From positions 24,817 through 88,816 of the IMG/VR virus record IMGVR_UViG_3300021431_000101: 64,000 nt of DNA; one strand, given 5' to 3'. A program made the position numbers and the translations under genes. How positions within the stretch are numbered: position 1 is the stretch's first letter; the number at the start of each line of letters is the position of its first letter. The stretch comes from a virus (lineage: Duplodnaviria > Caudoviricetes). The notes under the pieces were generated by a model that had not been told where the DNA came from, searched no databases, and was given only the letters and a program-made list of their open reading frames with translations. Below are positions 8,944-19,800 of this stretch, one piece after another.

Positions 8944-10905
8944 ATGAAAAAGATAAAAGTTATAAAAAGAAAGAAAGCATTATTTGGTGCTGATGGTGCA
9001 GTTGCTGCTGGAGCTATATTGCTTGCATCTGCTGCTAATGTTGTAGCACAAGCTAAACAAGCTAAAGCTACAGAAGACTCTGCTAAACAACAAGCAGAAG
9101 CTATGCAGATTAGTGCTAAAACAAATGCTGATGCTTTAGAAAAGCAATCAGAAAATAATACAAAAATGCAAGAAAAAAGTATAGAACTTAATAAAGAGCA
9201 GTTTGAAGAACAACAACAAGCTCAAAGGGATATACAAATGCAATTACAAATGATGACAGGAGAAGAAAACACTAAAGAAAGAAATAGGCAATCAATGAAA
9301 GCTGCTAAATATGGTGGTAGAATAAAAGCAACAAATAAATTATCTCTTCTACGGGGGAGGAATAAGGAAATCAATATTACTGATGGTGGTAGTAAACAAT
9401 TATTAGGTATTACACCAGAAGGTTATGAGCTATATAAATTAAAAGGAGATACACATGACGAAAGTCATAGATTACCAAATGGCAGAAAAGCTACAGGTAT
9501 AGGTATTGATTTAACATCTAGAACAAACAAACAACATAATTATAAAAAAAGAACTGGTGATGTTGATATAGAAGCTGAAGGTGGAGAATATGCTTTATCT
9601 ACTCCAAATGATGTTTTATTTTTATCAAAACATAATATAAACGGATTTAATCCTAAAAAAGCAATAAATAAAGGTATGAACCCTATAGATGCTTTTAATA
9701 TTCAAGAAATATCTAAAGGTATGATAAATAGAAGAAAAAAAGAAATAGGTGGTATGTCTGATGTATTAAATCAACAATTATTACAAGGATATAACAGTAT
9801 ATTAAATAATGATATTGCTACAGGTGCTGCTACCACTAAAATGAAAAATGGAGGTTCTGCTAAAATAAGTCGTAATAAAAGATGGTCTGGCGGAGATACT
9901 ATAAATGCTGTAGGAGCAGGTGCTAATATTCTTACAAATATATTAGGTGGTGCTTTATATGGAAGTGCTGCTAATAGAGCAGCTGGTATTCTATCAGATG
10001 CTTATAGTAAAAGTGCTAGTATAACAGCAGATGCTTATAGTAGAATGCATGGTATTAGTGATGATTTTATAAAAGATGAAGATTTTAAAGCTACACATTT
10101 TATGCCAGCTATACGTTCTGCACAAGTAAGTACAAATAAAGAAGATACATTAGCTAAACGTGCTGCTGATGCACAAAGAAAAGCTATAAGAAATAATAGT
10201 GTAAGTAGTGCTGCTGCTTTAAATAGATTAAATGCTGTTTCTCAAACAGAGAATGATGCCAGAATAGCTAATGCTCAAGCCGCAGAAGAACAAGCTGAAA
10301 AAATAAGACAAGCTAATGCTGAACGTATCACTGAAGCTGCTGCTCAAAATGCTCAATTAGATACACAAGCTAAAAGAGATTTAACAGGTCTTAGATTACA
10401 ATTATTACAATATAATAATGATATTGAAAATGCTAAGATTGCAGGTATAGCAGAAGCACAAACTAGTGGTATCATGGGTGGTGCTCAAGCACAAGCTGAT
10501 GCTAAAACTAGTGTAGCTACTAATTGGGCTAATGCGTTATCTAATATAGGTTCTACATTACAAGGTACTGCTAATAATATTGCCACAGGTATGCAACAAG
10601 AAAAGTTAGCAGTATTAAATGCAACAGTTTCACAAAAAGGTGATTATTATGGTGAAGGTAATGGTACTTCTGCACAAGCTAGAAATTATTACGAACAACA
10701 AAAAGCTATAGCTGAAAATCCTAATTTAGCTAAGGATGTCAGAGAAGAAGCAGCAGCTAATGCTAATAAAATAGTTGCTGGTAGAACAGGATTAGGATTA
10801 CAAAAAGTAATTGTTGGAACACAAGTTATTAATGATATAAAACCTGGAGGTATTCTTCCTGATATACAAACAAGAAGTACAATAGGTGATAATTATATTG
10901 GTTAA
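8944..10905 (+). CDS. internal cargo/ejection protein 1
   Basis: 653 aa with Ala/Gln-rich helices, Gly/Ala hydrophobic segments and a KGDTHDES...EAEGGE motif. Follows the muzzle gene. Confidence 0.6.
   Translation: MKKIKVIKRKKALFGADGAVAAGAILLASAANVVAQAKQAKATEDSAKQQAEAMQISAKTNADALEKQSENNTKMQEKSIELNKEQFEEQQQAQRDIQMQLQMMTGEENTKERNRQSMKAAKYGGRIKATNKLSLLRGRNKEINITDGGSKQLLGITPEGYELYKLKGDTHDESHRLPNGRKATGIGIDLTSRTNKQHNYKKRTGDVDIEAEGGEYALSTPNDVLFLSKHNINGFNPKKAINKGMNPIDAFNIQEISKGMINRRKKEIGGMSDVLNQQLLQGYNSILNNDIATGAATTKMKNGGSAKISRNKRWSGGDTINAVGAGANILTNILGGALYGSAANRAAGILSDAYSKSASITADAYSRMHGISDDFIKDEDFKATHFMPAIRSAQVSTNKEDTLAKRAADAQRKAIRNNSVSSAAALNRLNAVSQTENDARIANAQAAEEQAEKIRQANAERITEAAAQNAQLDTQAKRDLTGLRLQLLQYNNDIENAKIAGIAEAQTSGIMGGAQAQADAKTSVATNWANALSNIGSTLQGTANNIATGMQQEKLAVLNATVSQKGDYYGEGNGTSAQARNYYEQQKAIAENPNLAKDVREEAAANANKIVAGRTGLGLQKVIVGTQVINDIKPGGILPDIQTRSTIGDNYIG
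9341..9360 (+). repeat. G5 motif copy
   Basis: TATCTCTTCTACGGGGGAGG, read as LSLLRGR inside the CDS. Confidence 0.85.
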
Positions 10906-10923
10906 TATTATATGTAAAACAAT

Positions 10924-12216
10924 ATGGCAAATTCAACTATAAAAATAAATGATGCTAAATTTAATGGAGGTCAAATTAATTATAACAATCCAGTAAATTT
11001 AAAAAGCGTAGATTATAATATGCTAGTTAATGCTTTTGCTAAACAAGAACAAAGAGAAGAAAAAGCAAACGAAGCATATGCTACAATGCAAGATGCTATG
11101 AACGCTGCTAGAGAGCAATTACATAACGATGATGCTACTAGAACTTGGTTTAGAGATTTTGCAAATAAATATCAAAAATCTATACAAGACAGAATAAATA
11201 ATGGTGATTATGCTAGTGCTTTAAATGCAGCTAGAAAAATGGCAGCTGAAGCAGCAGGTAATGAAGAACTTCAAGCTAGAATAAAAACAAATAAACAATA
11301 TGATACTTGGAAAGATGATTTAGATAAAAGTGTTAAATCTGGGGATATAAGAAGAAGTACATATAACAGAATGCTTGCTGAAAACCCTTATGTTTTTAAA
11401 CCTAGATATGATGAAAATGGTAATGTTAATGGTGGTGAAGATTTTGAACCACCAAAACCTGTAAAACATTATGACCCAAATGAAATAGCAGCTACAATAT
11501 TTCAATTAGTATCTGAAGAAAGTACATCTCATGCTAGAAGTAATGTAACACCAATAGTAACAGATGAAAACGGAAAAAGAATTACTGTAAAACGGTTTGA
11601 CAATGATAAACAGTGGCAAGTATATGGTACAACATCTAGTAGTTCATCAACTACTACAACTCAAAAAACAAAAGAAGATTTATTTAAACAAACTGAAAAT
11701 ATACTTAAAACTCAAACAGCTTATAGTGATTCTTTATTACAAGATTATTATGATATTGAATTTGAATATAAACAATATCAAGACCAAGCTGATAACGAAT
11801 CATTACCAGCAGATAAAAGAGCAGAAGCTCAAGAAAGAGCTAATCAACTTTTAGCTAAAATATCTGATGATAAAGGTAACAAATATAAACCTACAGAATA
11901 CGGTCTTGCTGTAATGAAACCTATAATTGAAGAATTAGCATATAGAAGAGTTTCTACTGAAAGAGGTAATTCTACACAATTTTATAAACAAGGTGGAGCA
12001 CAAGCTAAAACAGGTCTAGATGAAGCACAAGACTTAGATAAGAGCACTACTACAACTGCTGGAGCTAGTGGTGAAACAGGGTCAGATGGTGGAATAACTG
12101 AACAAGTGTTAGGTGTATTTAAAAAAGTATTTAGTTCTACAAAAGATGATTTACCAAAAGCTGGAAGAGTTAGTGGAACAATAATGAATGGAAATCAAAT
12201 AAGCACATTATATTAA
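10924..12216 (+). CDS. internal cargo protein (helical)
   Basis: 430-aa helical ORF between cargo 1 and the RNAP cluster. Confidence 0.55.
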   Translation: MANSTIKINDAKFNGGQINYNNPVNLKSVDYNMLVNAFAKQEQREEKANEAYATMQDAMNAAREQLHNDDATRTWFRDFANKYQKSIQDRINNGDYASALNAARKMAAEAAGNEELQARIKTNKQYDTWKDDLDKSVKSGDIRRSTYNRMLAENPYVFKPRYDENGNVNGGEDFEPPKPVKHYDPNEIAATIFQLVSEESTSHARSNVTPIVTDENGKRITVKRFDNDKQWQVYGTTSSSSSTTTTQKTKEDLFKQTENILKTQTAYSDSLLQDYYDIEFEYKQYQDQADNESLPADKRAEAQERANQLLAKISDDKGNKYKPTEYGLAVMKPIIEELAYRRVSTERGNSTQFYKQGGAQAKTGLDEAQDLDKSTTTTAGASGETGSDGGITEQVLGVFKKVFSSTKDDLPKAGRVSGTIMNGNQISTLY

Positions 12217-12255
12217 ACAGATAAAACAAATTAAACAACAAATAATAGTAATAAT

Positions 12256-13818
12256 ATGTTTAAAGCTGACGAATATAATAAATTAATGGCTAATTGTGAT
12301 TGGCTTGGTATGGCTGATTACTTAGAAGCTAATCCTACAAAAGACCCTACTAAACAAGCTATTATAAGAAATCAAATAAGACAACTTAGAAAGAAATCTG
12401 CTATCGAAGATAGATTGTTTGGTAACAATACTAATAAACGAGATTTATACAGAATGTATGAAGGTAATATATCTCGTAGTAATAAATATGGTGCTCAATA
12501 TTTAAAAGAGTATGATAAAATTGGAGCATCTAAAAAAGAATATGCAGACCAACTACAACTATCTTTTAGTAATATTATTGATAGAGATAATTTTTTAAAA
12601 GATGTAGGTATTACAGTAGAAGATGCAGGTGCTAATGGTTTTGAAATACATAATGGTTCCGAAACAGTTAAAAGAGGTCTTTCTGAAGGTATAGTTAGAA
12701 CATCAACCATCACTTTTGATAAAAATAATAAAAATTATGTAAAGATAATACAAGCTTTACAAAATCAAAATCAAAATCAGTCAAAATATGATGGTAATAG
12801 TCCTGTTCATGGTGTAGATATTATAGGTCTTAAACAAGGTAGAGTTATATCTAAAGTTAATTCTATGGCGGATGCAACTACATGGACTAGACTTAGAAAT
12901 ATGACAACTCTTACTCATGAAGGTAAAAAATTACATGATGATGTTTTAAAACAAATGTATGAAAATTCAAATGTAGAACAAGAATTAACTGTTAGTGGAT
13001 TTAGAGGTGCTAAAGATGCTAGATTAAATGCTTTATATACAAGTGGTAAAATAAATCCAACAGAATTTGAAAGATATAAAAAGAGTTTGTATGAACAATA
13101 TGATAATCTTGTAGCATCTGCAGAGCTTGTTAATTACGAAAATGTTTTTTATTCTGAAGGTATTAAAGAAGGTAAAACTTTAAGAGAAGTAGATGGTGAA
13201 ACAAAAGGTAGATTAACAGAAGAAATAAGAACTGCTTTAGCTCAAAATAGATTGAGATATGTTACAGCTAATAGAGGTGGTGTTGTAGGAACTTTATTTA
13301 CTATTTCAGAAAAACCAAAAGATGAAAATGGTGATAGTCCTAATATAGGAGAAGCTGAAGGATTTAGAAATGAAAAAACAATATTTGTTCCAGGTTTCTT
13401 TAGAGATAAGTACGAAGATGAATTAAGTAATGATACTAAAAATCAAGCTCAGAGAGAATATACTGATTGTCAAAGATATGGTATAAGTTATAAATCTGGC
13501 AGAAATTTTGAAATATCATCTATAGGAAACACAGGAGGTTTTGTAAGTATAAAAGGCGGTAAAAAAGAATGGAAAGATAAAGAAGAAATTCTTAAAATGA
13601 TTGATGAAGACTTAGTGAGAGAAAATGCTATTGATGCAATTAGAGGACAATTTGTAGACGAAAATGGTAACTTTACCGATAGAGCAAAAGCTAATCAATA
13701 TGCACAAGCAATAGCAATTAGTGAAATAGAAGATTTATATAGTGGTCAATCTGAAGCATATAAAAAGAAAAAGTATATGGACTTATATGCAGATATTAAA
13801 AACAAATTAGGATTATAA
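12256..13818 (+). CDS. internal cargo protein
   Basis: 520-aa ORF in the virion cargo operon. Confidence 0.5.
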   Translation: MFKADEYNKLMANCDWLGMADYLEANPTKDPTKQAIIRNQIRQLRKKSAIEDRLFGNNTNKRDLYRMYEGNISRSNKYGAQYLKEYDKIGASKKEYADQLQLSFSNIIDRDNFLKDVGITVEDAGANGFEIHNGSETVKRGLSEGIVRTSTITFDKNNKNYVKIIQALQNQNQNQSKYDGNSPVHGVDIIGLKQGRVISKVNSMADATTWTRLRNMTTLTHEGKKLHDDVLKQMYENSNVEQELTVSGFRGAKDARLNALYTSGKINPTEFERYKKSLYEQYDNLVASAELVNYENVFYSEGIKEGKTLREVDGETKGRLTEEIRTALAQNRLRYVTANRGGVVGTLFTISEKPKDENGDSPNIGEAEGFRNEKTIFVPGFFRDKYEDELSNDTKNQAQREYTDCQRYGISYKSGRNFEISSIGNTGGFVSIKGGKKEWKDKEEILKMIDEDLVRENAIDAIRGQFVDENGNFTDRAKANQYAQAIAISEIEDLYSGQSEAYKKKKYMDLYADIKNKLGL

Positions 13819-13820
13819 TT

Positions 13821-16800
13821 ATGAATATAAATGATGTATTTAATGCAGGTGGTGCTTTAATTAAAAACCCAAATTATGCACCAGGTAATGGTCAACCTGA
13901 ATATATAACCTCAGTTAATGGTAATCCATTAGCTGAGGGCTTTTTTGATGATAGTGCTAGAGGAAATAACGCTATTGTCGGAACTACTAAAGATGGTCTT
14001 AAAGCGGCTAAGTATGGTATTACACAAAATAGATGGGAAGATTTAGATACTGTTTTAGCAGAAAAACAAAGTAATTGGGAGAAAACTTGGAATAGTGCAA
14101 AACAAACTGTATGGAATGAAATAGTATTAGGTACAGGTATTGGCATTGCTGATTTGTGTGATTTTGTTATTGGTGGTATTATTAGAAAAGCTTCTGGTGA
14201 AGAAAATGATTATTCTAATCCAGTTAGTGAATATTTAAAAGGAGTACAAGAAGAATATAAAGAAGACAATCCTATATATGCAACTCCTGGTGTTGATATA
14301 TTTAATGGAGGTTTGACTAATTGGGGATGGTATATGAATAATATGCCAAGTGTTGCTAGTACTTTAACTTTACTTATTCCTAGTACAGGTGTAGCAAAAG
14401 GTGCTGCTTATTTAGGAAAAGCTACTAAATTCTTTAAGGGTGTTGGTAATGCTAGAAAATTTATAACAGCTATAGACAAAGTAGATAAAGCAGCAGATGC
14501 AGCTAAAGCAGCAGGAAAAGAACTTGGTGTTTTAGGTAAAATTAGTCAATGGGCTAATAACGAAAATACTATAAGAACTACAAACCAAATGATTAATCTT
14601 GGTAGTAATGCTATGCTTCAACGTATAATGGAAAACTATCAAGAAAGTGGTCAAGTATATTCAGAACTTCTACCTAAAAGTACAGAAACCATAAATAATA
14701 TGTCTGATGAAGAATATGCAGCTTTTGTTGATAAAAATAAAGACATATTAGAAGGTGTCGATACTACTAATAAAGAAGATGTTGCAAAACGTATAACTAA
14801 AGCATCTGCTGATGAAACATTCAAATTAGATATGATTAATGGTGTTTTTGATGCTTTTCAAATGTATGGTTTAAGGAATGTAAGTAGATTTATGAACGCT
14901 CCTATGAGAGCAGCTGTAAGACGTAAACATTTAAATTCTATAAAATATGCTGGTAAAACAGAAAAAGAAGTTAATGAAATTTTAGCTAAAAGAAGTTTTG
15001 CACAAAAAGCTAAAGATAAGATTTCTGATTTAACTTATGGGAGTAAAATTCTTATAGGTTCTGAATTATCTGAAGGAGCAGAAGAAGCAATTAACTATAT
15101 AGCACAAGAAGAAGGATTAAATTATGGTAATATATTATTAAATTCTAAAGATGCTGATACAAATGATTTAACTAGTAGACTTTGGAAATACGCACAAGCA
15201 CCTCAATTATGGGAATCTGCTTTTTGGGGTGTTATGGGTGGTGTTGTATTCCAAGGTGGTGGTTCTGCACTTGCTAGAGCAAATAATGCTGTTAGAACAA
15301 AATACAATGAAAGAAAAAATAAACAAGATGATACTACAAAAGAACAAGTAAAACAAACAAGTTGGAGTGATGCTTTTAAAGATTCAGAAATAGAAGAAAG
15401 AAAACAAGATATTGAAAGTAGGGCAACTGCTTATAATACATTAGCTTCTGAAATAGAAGAAATAAATAATAACGATAAACTATCAAAAGAAGAAAAAGCT
15501 ATTGAACGTAAGAAAGCTTTTGATAAACATGATAGAAGTCTTCTTATGGATTCTATGTGGGCTGGTAATTATGATTTAACTAGAGCTTATTTAGAATCTG
15601 ATGAAGTTAAACAAGCTATGGTTGCTAGTGGTCTTTTAACACAAGAACAAGCAAATGAAAGACAACGTAATATTCTTACTTTAGCTGATAGATTAGAAGA
15701 ATCATTTAATAGAAATATGCGTGTTATAGGTAATGCTATGAGAGGCAAAGATGAAAAAACAGGAGCTGATTATAGTGAAGTACCTTATGAATATTTTAAG
15801 ATAATTGCTGCAGCAAATATGGGTTATGAACTTAGTGCAGAAGATTATCAAAAAGCTATAGATGAATATCAACCAACAATTAATAGCGAAGAAGAAAGAT
15901 TAGCTGATAAATTAAAAAATAATGGTATTGATTATAAACAAGCAATACGAGCTTATATAATAGCGCAACAATTAGGTCAAATAGAAGCTAATTTAGAAGC
16001 AGCTAAAAAAACTAAAAAACAAGGAAGAACAGATGATGATATTGACTCTAGTACTATATCTGGACAAACAACTATAGATGAATTAAATAATAGAAAGAAA
16101 GTTCTATTAAATATGCTACAAACTACTATGACAGGTGTAGCAACCCCTATAGATGAACAGCTTGTAAGTAGAGCTAATATGATTACTGTATTAAGAGCTG
16201 CAGCTGCTATTGAAAGAAATGCTAATGATGCTACAGGTTATAAGTATAATATAAAAGGAAAAAGATTTAAAGATGTAGATAATGCACTAGTTAAAGCTTA
16301 TGAAGAAGGTGAAGATAATTGGGCAGCTAACGCAAAAGCTTTATCTGCTTTACATTCTGATTTTGGTAATTTAAAGTATAATCAATTTGTTGATGCTTAT
16401 AATCATGCTAAAGTTGTTAATGAGAATATAGGTAAAGCTTTAGGTGTTGGTGGTGCTATAGATGATTTAAATAAACTTTCTAGTAGTTTATTAAAAGCTT
16501 ATGCTGGTGTTACAAATAATGAAATAGAAAAGAATATTGCATTATCTAACATAGCAAGAGATAGAGATACTGTAAGAAATTTAGCACACAAAGAACACAA
16601 TATAATGAACCAAGAACGTGGAGTTGTTCTTGAATATTGTAATAGTGTGTTGAAAGCATTATCTAAAAAATATTCTGGTGAATATGGTGATTTAAGTGAA
16701 GAACTTGCTTATGGTACTTTAAATAAAGAAGCTAGAGAAAAATTAAAAAGTATATTATCTAATGAAGATTTGATGCTTTATGATGATATGATGAAAATTA

Positions 16801-19800
16801 TATCACTTAATGCTAGAAGTGTTACACAAAATAATAGAAATAATACTAGTGCTATAAACACTCTTCTTCCTGAACTTATTAAAGACGCTTTATATGAAAG
16901 TTCTTCTAAGGAATATGAAGATGTAGATGTTAGTATATTAGATAGGCAATCAGAGGAAAAACCGTCAGAAACACCCCAAAATCAAACGCAAACCACTCAG
17001 TTTAACAATGTATCGGGAACGGCTACACAATCGCAACAGAGTAGCAAAGCGAGCCAAGCAGGGGCATCCAATCAGCAACAAACCCAGTCGCAAAATCAAC
17101 AAACGAATAATGTGCAAGCACAGACACCAAGCAATAGTAATGTAGATTTTACAAGAAATACTAGTGGTCATGTTTTGTCAATGCCTCAAGCTATTGTTGT
17201 ATTAGATGCTGATGGTAAACCTACATCTTTGAAACAATTAGGTTCTAGTGCTGGTAATAATCCAAATATCGATAAATCATTTGTTCCTGTTAATAAAGTA
17301 GATGATTATACTTACGAATTAGATTATAAAGGTGATACTACTAGAACACCTAGTCGTTTAAACGATGAAGAGTTTACAAATAGTGAACTGTTTTCTGTTA
17401 AAACAGCTATACAAGATGGTGGAGTTGTAACAGAAAATCCAAAAGTAGTTTTAGATGATGAGAGTAATGTTATAGAAATAAGAAAAGGTGTTATTGATGT
17501 AGCTGAAGAAACTGAAGAATCAGAAACTTCTTCTACGGGGGGTTCGACGGAATCAAATACAAATCAAACATCTAATGAAGAAAGTACAGAAGAAGAAATA
17601 ATTGAATCATTTAATAATTATGACTCTGAAGAAGGTTCTGCAATAGATGATGTTGCACCAGACGATGATTATGATTCTGAAACATTGTCTGATACTATAA
17701 CAGCAGATATGATGGCTTATATTAAAAATAAGCATGAACTTAATGAAGATTACGATGAAAATGAATTATTAAGTTTACTTACTGAAAAGTATAAAGATAA
17801 AGTTGATGAAGATGAATTAAAAACTGTATTTAATAAATTTGCTTCTTTTGGTAGAAGACTTGCTACACGACATAAGTTAAACATAAAAGAATTAGAAGAT
17901 ATTACTGATTTTATAAAACAAAGTGTAATAGAAGAATCTGCTGTTGATGGTACTGCTGCTGATAAAGCTAGAGAAGCTCTTGACAGTACAATGAACTCTA
18001 TATTAGAATCTTTTGCTAAAAGAACTTATATTGGTGAACATGAAGGTAAAATTGTATTAAGTCTTGAAAATTTATTACGTTATGCTAATGATATAGCTGG
18101 TGATAAATATATGGCTGAATTTTTATACGATAAGTTTAAAAATTATTTTGCTGCTAATAGAGATAAATATATACTTACCGAAGGTCGTAAAATAAATAAA
18201 TCAGATATTATTCATAAAGCTTCTATGACATCTGAAGAACGATTGGATAATATAAGTTCTCCTAATGGTAGAATGTTATATATACCAAATGTTCGTAGTA
18301 TGACTAAAAAACAAAGAGAAGCAGTATATGATGTATTAGATTCGTTAAGACCTGGAGATGAATTAACTTATGAAGTTGATAAAAATGTTGTAACTATTTA
18401 TGCAAAAGGAAAAGTTGTAGGAACTTGTTATGAACCTAGACTTGATGGTAAAGGTTACGTTTCTAAAAATAGAGGTTGGATTATAGATATACCTACAAGT
18501 TCTACAGAAATTGGTGATTTAGAAAGACTGTTTACAAGACTGCTTTGTAACCCAAATAATGAAGAGTCTATTTCTAAAGTAATACAAGCATTAGAAACAT
18601 TAAGATATACACCATATAGAAATAAAGAAGGAGAACTAAATTCAGAATATAAACAAAATGCTATTGCTGTTTTAAATGCGATATCAGATGCAGGTATTAA
18701 TTTAAATCAATATACTGAAACAAATGGTTCTGATGATGCGAAATTAGATTTAGTATCTTATTTGAATAATATTTATAGAGGTGTAAAAGAAGCTAGTGAA
18801 CAATTACTTACAAAGCAAAATTTAACTAGAGAAGAATACAATGAAGCTATACTAAATAGACGTAAAGCTAGTATTCATAATTGGTTTGAAAGATTAAGAG
18901 ATAGTTATAGAACTGCATCAATATTGATAAACAATCGCAATTCTAAAATTGTTATAGATAAAGTAAGCCAAGGCGGACTTATTATAACAAATGAAGAAGA
19001 AGCAAAACCTGTAAATGAAAAAGGTGTTATAGGTAGTGAACATAAAGATAAACTTGAAATTGTAGTACAAAGTATTACAGAACCTGGTGTAGCGTATTCT
19101 ACAGATGGTACTAGAAAACCTATGGTAGATATGAGTTCTGCTAGTACATTTGTATCTATTCCAAAGTCTGATGGTACTGTAGCATTAGTTCATGCTTATC
19201 CTCAATTAATAAGTGCATCTCATTTAAAAGGAGAAGTTAAAGAAATTCAAAATGAGATATTAAATGAATTTGAAAGATTACTTAAAGAATGGAGTGATGA
19301 TTCTAATAAGAGTACTAAAGACATTGAAAACTTTATAAAATTATTATGTGGTGGTAGATATGATAAATCTGGTGTAAGAACAAATAATCCTTTATTTAGA
19401 GGATTAAAAGTAACTCCTTTGACTAGAGGATTTAAAGGTATTCAAATAAGTTATTATGCAGATAATAAAGTACAAAGAATACAATTATTTGATGAAGATT
19501 CAAAAGGTAATAAAGCATCTGTTATTAAGTTTGAAGGACAAAAAGCTAGAGCATTTAAAAAAGACGCAAATGTTAGAGCTGAAGTTATAAAACAATTTAA
19601 AGATGTTGTAAATAATAATTTAAGATATAATCTTGAATTTGACCATGTTAGAGGAAGTGCATCTTTAAAAGGTGTAGCTAAACGTAATACTAAAGGTAAG
19701 TTTACAATACAAATACCAGGTGGTAAACCTCATACATTTTCATCTTATAAAAGCTTTATATTAGATAATGGTATTGTTGCTGTAACTACAAAGTCTACAA